NCBI GenBank assembly: GCA_030390025.1
Contig: CM059431.1
Location: 95,420,001-95,484,000, forward strand
Source: Squalus acanthias
Lineage: Eukaryota
DNA: 64,000 bases
Direction of reading: 5' to 3'
The translations under genes were made by a program, and so were the position numbers. The notes beneath the pieces were generated by a model. It had not been told where the DNA came from and did not search any database. It saw nothing but the letters and a program-made list of their open reading frames with translations. Below, piece by piece: positions 52,613 through 64,000 of this stretch. Numbering within the stretch: the stretch's first letter is position 1; every line of letters begins with the position of its first letter.

Positions 52613-54175
52613 TAATAATTATACACCTCAATTAAGTCTCCCCTCAGTCTCCTCTATTCCAAAGAAACAACCCCAGCTTATCCAATCTTTCCTCATAGCT
52701 AAAATTCTCCAGTTCTGGCAACATCCTCGTACATCTCCTTTGTACTCTCTCTAGTGCTACCACATCTTTCCTGTAATGTGGTGACCTGAACTGTACGCAA
52801 TACTGTAGCTGTGACCTAACTAGTGTTTTATACAGTTCTAGCATAACCTCTCTGCTCTCATATTCTATGCCTCGGCTAATAAAGGAAAGTACACCATTTG
52901 CCTTCTTAACCACCTTATCTACTTGTCCTGCTACCTTCAGGGATCTGTGGACATGCACTCCAAGGTCCCTCTGTTTCTCTATATTTCTCAGTATTCTATC
53001 ATTTATTGTGTATGCCCTTACCTTGTTAGCCCTCCCCAAATGTATTACCTCACACTTCTCCGGATTGAATTCCATTTGCCACTTTTCTGCCCACCTCACC
53101 AGTCCATTGATATCTTCCTGCAGTCTACAACTTTCTTCCTCCAAACCTCACGGACAATTTTTGTATCATCTGCAAACTTCTTAAACATGACCCCTACATT
53201 GAAATCTAAATCATTGATATATACCACAAAAAGCAAGGGATCTAGTACTGAGACCTGTGGAACCCCACTGAAAACACCCATCGACCTTTACCCTTTGCTT
53301 CCTGCCACAGAGCCAATTTTGGATCCAACTTGCCACTTTCCCTTGGATCCCATGGGCTATTACTTTTTTGACCAACCTGTCATGTGGGACCTTGTCAAAA
53401 GCCTTGCTAAAATCCATGTAGACTGCATCAAATGCATTATCCTCCTCATTACCTCCTCAAAAAATTCAATCAAGTTAGTCAGACATGACCTTCCCTTATC
53501 AAATCCATGCTGATTGTCCTTGATTAATCCATAACTTTGTAAATGATGATTTATACCGTCCCTCAGAATTTTTTCCAATAATTTTCCCACCACCAAGGTT
53601 AGGCTGACTTCTCTGTAATTACTCGGTCTATTCCTTTCTCCCTTTTTAAACAATGGCATAACATTAGCAGTTCTCCAGTCCTCTGGCATCACGCATGCAG
53701 CCAGAGGGGATTGAAAAATGATGGTCAGAGCCTTTGCTATTTCCTCCCTTGCCTCTCTTAAAAGCCTGGGATGCATTTCATCCAGGTCTGGTGATTTATC
53801 TACTTTCAAAGATGCTAAACCTCTTAATACTTCCTCTCTCTATTTTTATCCCACCTAATATTTCACACTCCTCCTCCTTAACTGCAATGTCTCCAATATC
53901 CATCTCTTCTGTGAAGACAGACACAAAGTATTCATTAAGAATCATACCCACATCTTCCAGCTCCACACATAGGTTACCTTTTTGGTCTCTAATAGGCCTT
54001 ACTCTTTCCTTTGTTATTCTCTTGCTCTTTATGTATTTATAAAACATCTTTGGGTTTTCCTTGATTTTACTTGCCAATATTTTTCATGCCCTCTCTTTAC
54101 TTTGCTAATTTCCTTTTTAATTTCACCCCTACACTTTCTATACTCTTCTAGGCTTTCAGTCGTATTGAACTCTCA
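52613..54175 (-). mobile_element. CR1 LINE copy A, main body (RT region, decayed, 5' part absent)
   Basis: KSPDLDEMHPRLL, NYREVSLT, QHGF, DFSKAFDKVPH, KFADDTKI, WQMEFNPEKC, YCVQFRSP spread over several frames. Confidence 0.92.
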
Positions 54176-54176
54176 A

Positions 54177-54480
54177 GGCGCGATTTTGCCAGCCCTGGGG
54201 AGGCGGGTATGGAGGCGGGAGGCGGGTACCCAACCCGCCCCCAACCCGCCTCCATGCCATCTTCCCAGGAGGCGGGTAGCCGTCCCGCGCCAGGTCCCAT
54301 CTCCTTGGAGGCAGGAAGGGATTAAAGCCAATTAACTGTTGTTAACAGGTAGTTAACAGGCAGAAAATAGGATTATCCCCTTTTTGCCCTCACAAGCGCG
54401 GGCTTCCCGAAGGCTCCGAAACCCGCCAGCTCAGCGAGGCGAGTAGTGGGTCTGTGGGGGTCGGGGTGGGGGTTGGTGCA
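54177..54480. mobile_element. Probable left arm of another GC-rich TIR element; right end not found
   Basis: Abrupt switch from CR1 to GGCGCGATTTTGCC (similar to the MITE-3 terminus), then repeated AGGCGGG / CCCGCC motifs. Confidence 0.45.
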
Positions 54481-55300
54481 GAAGTCTGCTGTGAAGGTAA
54501 GTGATGGGTGCAAGAGTGGAGAGGTGAGTATCTGAGGTAAGTGCAAAGTGTTAGTAAAGTGTACTTACCTTTGTTTCTTGCTGCAGGCTTCAGTCGGTGG
54601 GTATGTGAAGAGTCTCGCACCTCCGCATTGGAGATGACAGATGGCCGTTGCATTCTCCAATGCAACAACTATCTCATTTCTGCAAAAGAAAGATGTTTGA
54701 TGAGGTCTTGAATTCAAGCTGCTCCTAATCCGCCACAGCAATTTTGCCGGAAGTGCGTCTGAAACCCCAATTACGCGTGCAAATGAATTATCCGTCACAG
54801 TTCTGGCAGCAAAGCTGGAGTACCTTTGAGGAAATGTTTGAATCTCCATGCATCATGATAACAGAAATGTAAAGGCCACATGAAGACAATAGGCTGAAGT
54901 AGCAGCATGGGGAAAATGAGATTTATATTCCAACAGGCAATGCACAAATGAGTTTGTCAATCATTCGAATTGCTAAACTTGTCCACCCTGTCTAGTGCTG
55001 TGGCAAACTGACACACCTTTCTATAACAAGTTTACTATAGACTATGGAGTAGATGTGAAGAGAAAGTCAGGAAAACCAATCAAGTAGAAAACTCCAATAG
55101 ATCTACTATCAAGACCTGACATGAAACGTCATGAGCACATAAAGGTACACCTGAAAGTGTTGGATTTGGCCGAATGCTCTTAACTAACTGATCAGAAGGT
55201 GGCATCTCCGATTTGATCTGCTGATTCCATTAGCCACCAATAACAATGTACTGCACTGAATTCACTGTCACAGTTGATTAATTAGCTGCTCAGACTGTTA

Positions 55301-58300
55301 GGGGGGATTTTAACCCTCCCACGATGGGTGGGAGAGGTCATTTAAAATTTCAACAATCTAAAAAGTGACCCCAAATCGCTTACTTCCGGTTTCAATGGAG
55401 GATGGTTTGGGGGCGGGCAACAAACTTGCTCTCGAGAGGCGGGCCGGTTATTTAAATATGCTAATGAGGCTGCATGCCAGAAATTTTAACAGACTTCGAT
55501 TTTACTTTGCGATCCAGGTTTCCCAATGCTCGGGAAATTCGGAAGTTGAAGGGAGGCATGAACGGACAGATCCAGCAGGTAATAGCTTTTCCAGCACAGC
55601 TTGAGGGCCAGAAGGAGCAGGTATATTTTCCCCCCAGCCCCTCAAGCAAATCTGTTTACCTCCCCGCGATCCCTGACCCCCCTGCGATCCCTGCCGCGAT
55701 CTCACCCAACTCGCAATCTACCACAATTCCGTGATCTCTTCAACCACCCACCCCCGCGATCTCCTCCCCCGACCCACGATCTCATCAATTCCATCCCCCC
55801 TGCGCCTCCCGCAACGATCCCTTCCTCTCTCCACTCCCCAGCGCAAGCCTTCCTGTCCGACAGCCAGTTAGCCTCTCAATAGAGTCATAGAGTTATACAG
55901 CATAGAAAGAGGCCCTTTGGCCCATCGTGTCTGTGCCGCCCATCGAGACCTGTCTATTCTAATCCCATTTTCCAGCACTTGGTCCGTAGCCTTGTATGCT
56001 ATGGCATTTCAAGTGCTCATCTAAATGCTTCTTGAATGTTGTGAGGGTTCCTGTCTCTACCACCCTTTCAGGCAGTGAGTTCCAGATTCCAATCAGCCTC
56101 TGGGTGAAAAGGTTTTTCCTCAAATCCCCTCTAAACCTCCTGCCCCTTACCTTGAAACTATGCCCCCTGGTAATTGACCCCTCTATTAAGGGGAAAAGTT
56201 CCTTTCTATCTACCCTATCTATGCCCCTCATAATTTTGTACACCTCAATCAGGTCCCCCCTCAGCCTTCTCTGCTCTAAGGAAAACAACCCCAGCCTGTC
56301 AAGTCTCTCTTCATAGCTGAAGCGCTCCAGCCCAGGTAACATCCTGGTGAATCTCCTCTGCACCCTCTCCAATGCAATCACATCCCTCCTATAATGTGGT
56401 GACCAGAACTGCACACAGTATTCCAGCTGTGGCCTAACTAGCGTTTTGTACAGCTCCATCATAACCTCCCTGCTCTTATATTCTATGCCTCGGCCAATGA
56501 AGGCAAGTATCCCATATGCCTTTTTAACCACCTAATCTACCTGTCCTGCTGCCTTCAGGGATCTATGTACATGCACACCAAGGTCCCTCTGATCCTCTGT
56601 CCTTCCTAGGATCCTACCATTCATTGTGTATTCCCTTGCCTTGTTAGTCCTCCCAAAATGCATCACCTCACACTTTTCAGGGTTAAATTCCATTTGCCAC
56701 TGTTCTGCCCATCTAACCAACCCAGCTATATCGTCCTGTAGCCTGAGGCTTCCCTCCTCGCTATTTACCACTCCACCTATTTTCGTGTCATCTGCAAATT
56801 TACTGATCATACCTCCTACATTCATATCTAAATCATGAATGTACACTACAAACAGCAAAGGACCCAGCACCGATACCTGCGGTACACCACTGGACACAGG
56901 CTTCCAGTCACAAAAACAACCTTTGACCATCACCCTCTGCCTCCTGCCACTAAGCCAATTTTGGATCCAATGTGCCAAATTGCCCTGGATCCCATGGGCT
57001 CGTACCTTCTTGATCAGTCTCCCATGTGGGACTTTGTCAAAAGCCTTACTGAAGTCCATGTAGACTACATCAACTGCACTACCCTCATCCACACACCTAG
57101 TCACCCCCTCGAAAAATTCAATCAAATTGGTTAGACATGATCTCCCCCTGACAAAGCCATGCTGACTATCCTTGATTAATCCTTGCCTCTCCAAGTGGAG
57201 ACTAATTCTGTCCCTCAGAATTTTTTCCAATGATTTCCCGACCACTGATGTTAGGCTCACTGGCCTGTAATTCCCTGGTTTATCCCTACTACCCTTCTTG
57301 AATAATGGTACTACGTTCTCCAGTCCTCTGGCACCTCCCCTGTGGCCAGAGAGGTTCTGAAAATTTGTGTCAGAGCCCGTGTAATCTCCTCCCTAGCCTC
57401 ACACAGCAGCCTGGGATACATCTCGTCTGGGCCTGGGGATTTATCCACTTTTAAGCCCTGCTAAAACCACTAGTACCTCCTCCCTCTCAATACTAATTTG
57501 TTCAAGTATATCACAATCCCCCTGCCTGATTTCTTGGTCTACATCATCCTTCTCCATAGTGAACACAGATGCAAAATATTCATTTAAAACTCACCTACAT
57601 CTTCCGGCTCTACACACAGATTGCCACTTTGGTCCCTAATGGGCCCTACTCTTTCCCTGGTTATCCTCTTGCCCTTAATATACTTATAAAACACCTTGGG
57701 ATTTTCCTTTATTTTGCCCGCCAGTGTTTTTTCATGCCCCCTCTTCGCTCTCCTAATTTCTTTTTTAAGTACCCCCCTGCACTTTCTATACTCCTCTAGG
57801 GCTTCCACTGTTTTTAGTCCTTTGTATCTGCCAAAAGCCTCCTTTTTTTCCTAATCCATTCTTGTATATCCCTTGACATCCAGGGTTCCCTGGGCTTGTT
57901 GGTCCCACCCTTGACCTTTACGGGAACATGTTGGTGTTGTACTCTCTCTATTTCCTTTCTGAAAGACTCCCACAGCACTGATGTAGATTTTCCTACAAGT
58001 AGCTGATCCCAGTCCACTTTGGCCAGATCCTTATCATATTAAAATCGGCCTTCCCCCAATTTAGACCCTTTATTTCCGGTCCATCTTTGTCCTTTTCCAT
58101 CACCACCTTAAATCTCACCGAATTATGGTCACTGTCACCAAAATGCTCTCCTATTGACACTTCTACCACTTGCCCGGCTACATTCCCTGGAATTAGGTCC
58201 AGTACCACCCCCTCTCTTGTAGGACTTTCGACATGCTGGCTCAGAAAGCTCTCCTGGATGCACTTTAAGAATTTCGCACCCTCTAAGCCTTTCACACTCT

Positions 58301-58609
58301 GACTATCCCAGTTAATATTGGGGAAGTTGAAATCCCCTACTATTATTACCCTATTATTTCTACACTTCTCTGAGATTTGCCTACAAATCTGTTCCTCTAT
58401 CTCCCCCTGACTGTTTGGGGGCCTATAGTACATTCCCAGCAAATTGCTTGCCCCCTTGCCAGCCAGGGGATGGAGAAAATAAAATAAAATCAGCTCCTGC
58501 TGTTAAATTCGGCAGGACCTCTGCGTTACCTGCAATTCCAGGTTTCCCGGCTACTACGACCACCCCACTACCCCCACTCCCTCCCCGCTTCCCTGTAAAT
58601 AATGTGGTC
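55301..58609. mobile_element. MITE-3: probable older Harbinger-like element split by CR1 copy D
   Basis: TTA|GGGGGGATTTTAAC left end; similar C-rich sequence resumes after 58441; candidate degenerate right end followed by TTA at 58610-12 (weak TIR match). Confidence 0.5.
55879..58440 (-). mobile_element. CR1 LINE copy D (5'-truncated within the endonuclease domain)
   Basis: Tail (CATAGAGT)n on + strand at 55879; ORF2 55959-57260 broken by one stop at 56532-34; FADDTKIGG, YYRPPNS, VGDFN, SDHN; frameshifts upstream. Confidence 0.95.
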
Positions 58610-58669
58610 TTAGTGTTTCAATTTTGTTCCATTCATTGGGTTTGATCCAAAGCTGATGTTCTGTTGGAA

Positions 58670-59210
58670 TCCGGCCCTGCTCACAAAACGGACCATGCCC
58701 CCAGATCAAATTAATCACCATGGTGGGTTTCCGCTAACTGTGCCCGTTTGCGGGCCTTCGAAGAGGCTCTTAAAATTAAGCTGGCTTTTTTAGGCTAAAG
58801 GACACCGTTTAACAGCTTTTAAATATTATTTTATTTGACTCCTGTACACCAATATAACTAATAAATGGTTCTATATAGTTTTAAAGTCATTTTCAGTTAT
58901 TTAAAGTCAGGTTATTCACAGGTGGTGGAGTGAAAATGCTTATTTTTTGTGATAAACATATTTTCAGTTGATATATTCCACTGTTAAATATATCAAGGAC
59001 ATTTTTTTAATGCAAAAATTGTTTTAAAAAAATAACGTTCTAAAATGCTACTTAATTGCTCTGGTTCATGGAAGATTTTACATTTGGCCATATGCAATTA
59101 ATGAGTTTGAGTGGAAACTTGAGCAAAAATTTCACTTTGCAAAACTAAGGCAATTTAGAGCATAATTTGTGCCCGGATTGCCAATTATGCCTAAAGCAGA
59201 AACTCTTGGC
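58670..59210. repeat. Possible degenerate TIR-element remnant
   Basis: GC-richer ends around an AT-rich core; ends AAACTCTTGGCC, resembling the MITE-2 terminus; no paired TIR or TSD seen. Confidence 0.25.
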
Positions 59211-59244
59211 CAAGTTGTGGAAACTTGCAACAACTATGAAGACA

Positions 59245-62200
59245 AAGGAGTGCACTAACAAATAGGGCCCGGGTAAGAAAAAATGGTAATAAGACAAATA
59301 GGGCCATAGTACAAAAAAATGTTAAGATGACTAAAAATGTTAAAAAGACAAATCTAAAGGCACTGTATCTGAATGCATGAAGCATTCGTAATAAAGTAGA
59401 CAAATTAACAGCACAAATAGATGTAAACGGATGCGATATAATTGCGATTACGGAGACATGGCTGCAGGGTGACCAAGGCTGGGGGCTGAATATCCAAGGA
59501 TATTCGATATTTAGGAAGGACAGGCAAAAAGGAAAAGGAGGTGGGGTGGCCTTGTTACTAAAGGATGAAATCAGAGCAATAATGAGAAAGGATATTGGCT
59601 CAGAAAATCAAGATGTAGAATCAGTCTGGGTGGAGCTAAGAAGCACCAAGGGGCAGAAAACATTGGTGGGAGTTGTCTATAGGTCTCCAAACAGTAGTGG
59701 TAATGTAGGGGATGGCATCAAACAGGAAATTAGAGATGCATGTAACAAAGGTACTACAGTAATCATGGGTGACTTTAATCTACATATAGACTGGCCAAAC
59801 CAAATTTGCAATAATACTCATAGCGTCATAGAGTTATACAGCACAGATAGAGGCCGTTCGGCCCATCGTGTCCGCGCCGGCCATCAAGCCCTGTCTAATC
59901 TAATCCCATATTCCAGCATTTGGTCCGTAGCCTTGTATGCTATGGCATTTCAAGCGCTCATCCAAATGCTTCTTGAATGTTGTGAGGGTTCCTGCCTCCA
60001 CAACCCTTTCAGGCAGTGAGTTCCAGACTCCAACCACCCTCTGGGTGAAAAAGTTCTTTCTCAAATCCCTTCTAAACCTCCCGCCCTTTACCTTGAATCT
60101 ATGCCCCCTTGTTATAGACCCCTCTACTAAGGGAAAAAGCTCCTTAGTATCCATCCTATCTATGCCCCTCATAATCTTGTACACCTCAATCATGTCCCCC
60201 CTCAGCCTCCTCTGCTCCAAGGAAAACAAACCCAATCTGCCCAGTCTCTCTTCATAGCTGAAGCACTCCAGCCCGGGTAACATTCTGGTGAATCTCCTCT
60301 GCACCCTCTCCAAAGCGATCACATCCTTCCTGTAGTGTGGCGACCAGAACTGCACACAGTATTCCAGATGTGGCCTAACCAGTGTTTTATACAGCTCCAT
60401 CATAACCTCCTTGCTCTTATATTCTATGCCTCGGCTAATGAATGCAAGTATCCCATATGTCTTTTTTACCACCTTATCCACCTGTTCCGCCGCCTTCAGG
60501 GATCTGTGTACTTGCACACCAAGATCCCTCTGACCCTCCGTCTTGCCTAGGGTCTTACCATTCATTGTGTATTCCCTTGCCTTGTTAGTCCCTCCAAAGT
60601 GCATCACCTCGCACTTTTCCGGATTAAATTCCATTTGCCACTGTTCCGCCCATCTGACCAACCCATCTATATCGTCCTGCAGACTGAGGCTACCCTCCTC
60701 GCTATTTACCACCCTACCAATTTTTGTATCATCCGCGAACTTACTGATCATACCTTTTACATTCATATCCAAGTCGTTAATGTAGACCACAAACAGCAAG
60801 GGACCCAGCACCGATCCCTGTGGAGGATGAATTCCTGGAGTGTGTACGAGATGGTTTTTTAGACCAGTACGTTGAGGAGCCAACTAGGGAACAGGCTATC
60901 CTAGATTGGGTATTGTGCAATGAGAAGGGATTAATTAATAATCTTGTTGTGCGGGGTCCTTTAGGGAAGAGTGACCATAACATGATAGAATTCTTCATTA
61001 AAATGGAAAGTGAAGAAGTCCAATCTGAAACTAGGGTCCGAAATCTAAACAAAGGAAACTACAATGGTATGAGGAGTGAGTTGGCTATGATAGATTGGGG
61101 AGCTTCATTAAAAGGCATGATGGTGGATAGGCAATGGCTAACATTTAAGGACCGAATGCATGAATTGCAACAGTTATACATTCCTTTCTGGCGCAAAAAC
61201 ACAAAAGGAAAAGTGGCCTAACCATGGCTAACAAAATAAATGAAGGATAGTATTAGATCCAAAGAGGAGTCATATAAAGTTGCCAGAAAAAGTAGCAAGC
61301 CTGAGGATTGGGAACAGTTTAGAGTTCAACAAAAAAGGACCAAGAGATTGATTAAGAGGGGAAAAATAGAGTATGAGAGTAAACTTGCAAGGAACATAAA
61401 AGTGGATTGTAAAAGCTTCTACAAGTATGTAAAAAGAAAAAGATTAGTGAAGACAAATGTCGGTCCCTTACAGTCAGAAACAGGAGAATTTATAATGGGG
61501 AACAAGGAAATGGCAGAGCAATTAAACAAATACTTTGGATCTGTCTTCACGGAATAGGACACAAATAACTTCCTAGAAATGCTGGGGAACCAAGGGTCTA
61601 GTGAGAAGGAGGAATTAAAGGAAATTAGTATTAGTAAAAAAATAGTGCTGGAGAAATTAATGGGACTGAAAGCTGATAAATCCCCAGGGCCTGATAATCT
61701 GCACCCCAGAGTACTAAAAGAGGTAGCCATGGAAATAGTGGATGCATTGGTTGTCATCTTCCAAAATTCTATAGGTTATGGAACAGTTCCTGCAGATTGG
61801 AGGGTGGGAAATGTAACTCCACTATTTAAAAAAGGAGGGAGAGAGAAAACAGGGAATTACAGACCGGTTAGCCTAACAGCAGTAGTATGGAAAATGCTAG
61901 AGTCTATTATAAAGGATGCGATAACAGGACACTTAGAAAATATCAACGGGATTAGACAAAGTCAACATGGATTTATGAAAGGGAAATCGTGTTTGACAAA
62001 CCTACTGGAGTTTTTTGAGGATGTAACTGGTAGAATAGATAAGGGAGAACCAGTGGATGTGGTGTATTTGGATTTTCAGAAGGCCTTTGTTAAAGTCCCA
62101 CATAAGAGGTTAATGTGCAAAATTAAAGCACATGGGATTGGGGGTAATATACATGAATTGAAAATTGGTTAACAGACAGGAAACAGAGAGTAAGAATAAA

Positions 62201-63250
62201 TGGGTCTTTTTCGGGGTGGCAGGCGGTGACTAGTGGGGTACCGCAGGGATCAGTGCTTGGGCCCCAGCTATTCACAATATATATCAATGATTTGGATGAG
62301 GCAACCAAATGTAATATTTCCAAGTTTGCTGACGACACGAAACTAGGTGGGATTGTGAGTTGTGAGGAGGATGCAAAGAGGGTTCCACGTGATTTAGACA
62401 AGTTGAGTGAGTGGGCAAATACATGGCAGATGCAGTATAACGTGGATAAATGTGAAGTTATCCACTTCATTAGGAAAAACAAAAAGGCAGAGTATTATTT
62501 AAATGGTGATAGATTGGGAAATGTTGATGTACAGAGGGACCTGGGTGTTCTTGTACACCAGTCACTGAAAGCAAACATGCAGGTGCAGCAGTTAGGAAAG
62601 CAAATGGTATGTTGGCCTTCATTGCAAGAGGATTTGAGTACAGGAGCAAGGATGTCTTACTACAGTTGTACAGGGCCTTGGTGAGACCACACCTGGAGTA
62701 CTGTGTGCATTTTTGGTCTCCTTATCTAAGAAAGGATATACTTGCCATAGAGAGAGTGCAGCGAAGGTTCACCAGACTGATTCCTGGGATGGCAGGACTG
62801 TCGAATGAGGAGAGATTGGGTTGACTAGACCTGTATTCACTAGAGTTTAGAAGAATGAGAGAGGATCTCATTGAAATGTATAAAATTCTGACAGGGCTAG
62901 ACAGACTGGATGCAGGGAGGATATTTCCCCTGGCTGGGGGGTCTAGAACGAGGGGTCACAGTCTCAGGATACAGGGTAGGACATTTAGGACTGAGATGAG
63001 GAGAACTTTCTTTACTCAGGGGGTGGTGAACCTGTGGAATTCTCTACCACAGAAGGCTGTGGATGCCAAGTCACTGAATATATTTAAGAAGGAGATAGAT
63101 AGATTTCTAGACACAAAAGGCATCAAGGGATATGGGGAGAGAGCAGGAATATGATATTGAGATAGAGCATCAGCCATGATCATATTGAATATTGGAGCAG
63201 GCTCGAAGGGCCGAATGGCCTACTCCTGCTCCTATTTTTCTATGTTTCTA
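59245..63250 (+). mobile_element. CR1 LINE copy E (complete but disrupted ORF2, 3' UTR and tail), interrupted by copy F
   Basis: LKALYLNA*SIRNK start; MGDFN, SDHN, QHGF, VPQGSVLGP, FADDTKL; several stops and frameshifts; 3' end GAATGGCCTACTCCTGCTCCTAT..TTCTATGTTTCTA like copy C; 5' boundary approximate. Confidence 0.95.
59819..60817 (-). mobile_element. CR1 LINE copy F, ~1-kb 5'-truncated insertion inside copy E
   Basis: Tail CATAGCGTCATAGAGT; uninterrupted frame QGSVLGPLLF...FADD...GYGPNAGIWD*; host AATAATACT|GTGGAGGATGAA rejoins in frame (compare 47400-47420). Confidence 0.95.
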
Positions 63251-63372
63251 AACTTCCATGACATTTCTTTTGGTGGGGGAGAGGGGAAAATAGTGAGAAG
63301 ATGCATCCTGGACTCCACAATCAGCATCAGCTGAGAGCCTCCTACAAGTCAAAATTAAGAGTAAATTGAAGA

Positions 63373-64000
63373 CATAGGAACATAAGAAATAGGAGCAGGA
63401 GTAGGCCATTTGGCCCCTCGAGCCTGCTCCACCATTCAATAATATCATGGCTGATCTTCTACCTCAACTCCACTTTCCTGCACTATCCCCATATCCCTTG
63501 ATTCCCTTAATATCCAAAAATCTTTTGATCTCTTTCTTGAATGTACTCAACAGCCCTCTGGGGCAGAGAATTCCACAGATTCACCACCCTCAGTGAATAA
63601 ATTTCTCCTCATTTCAGTCCTAAATGGCCGACCCCTTATTCTGAGACTGGTTCTAGACTCCCCAGCCAGGGGAAACATTCTCCCTGCATCTACCCTGTCA
63701 AGCCCTGTAAGAATTTTGTATGTTTCAAAGAGATCACCTCTCATTCATCTAAACTCCAGAAAATATAGGCCTAGTCTACGCAATCTGTCCTCATAGGACA
63801 ATCCCCCAAATCCCAGGAACCAGTCTGGTGAACCTTCGTTGCACTCCTTCTATGGCAAGTATATCCTTCCTTAGGTAAGGACTATTTCCGGGAAGTTTTT
63901 TGCGTCTTCTTCCGTGAAGACAGACACAAAGTATTTGTTTAATTTCTCTGCCATTTCCTTATTCCCCATTATGATTTCTCCTGTCTCAGCCTGTAAGGGA
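63373..64000 (-). mobile_element. CR1 LINE copy G, 3' end with an internal deletion or junction near 63881; runs off the window
   Basis: Tail ACATAGGAACATAAGAA then ATAGGAGCAGGAGTAGGCCAT (reverse of the C/E 3' UTR); RGDLFETYKIL; jumps from PYLRKD to the upstream FVSVFTEED region. Confidence 0.9.

Noticed and set aside
45773..63250. Active LINE, or a retron/DGR-type RT system linked to the repeat array
   Set aside because: All RTs are CR1 ORF2 pieces with stops, frameshifts or truncation; no template relationship to the satellite seen
47071..63796. Hydrophobic ORFs antisense to CR1 ORF2
   Set aside because: Shadow frames recurring at equivalent positions in several copies

Overview
Eukaryotic (vertebrate) repeat DNA with no supportable host gene. 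The CR1 LINE types suggest a cartilaginous fish, but that is inference. Bases 1-45239 are one tandem satellite of about 1,875 24-bp monomers (consensus TCACCACAAC[T/A][T/C]CCTCTAACT[A/G]GT). The array is open at the window start and contains a 200-N assembly gap at 39222-39421. It has layered higher-order structure: 1.2-2.1 kb modules, a 3,768-bp tandem duplication and a ~11.9-kb superunit present twice. It ends sharply inside a CR1 fragment. Bases 45240-64000 are a nest of seven decayed CR1 non-LTR retrotransposon copies (APE endonuclease + RT; one with an ORF1 SGNH-esterase remnant) and several GC-rich, hairpin-dense PIF/Harbinger-like MITEs, nested up to four levels deep. Nearly all listed ORFs are satellite read-through, LINE fragments or antisense shadows. 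The best leads, all untested, are: (1) the monomer is almost fully tiled by RUNX, PU.1/ETS and MYB motifs; (2) it is open on both strands with aligned wobble positions; (3) the satellite-LINE junction predicts a missing CR1 3' end on the far side of the array; (4) the MITEs are palindrome-built and promoter-like.
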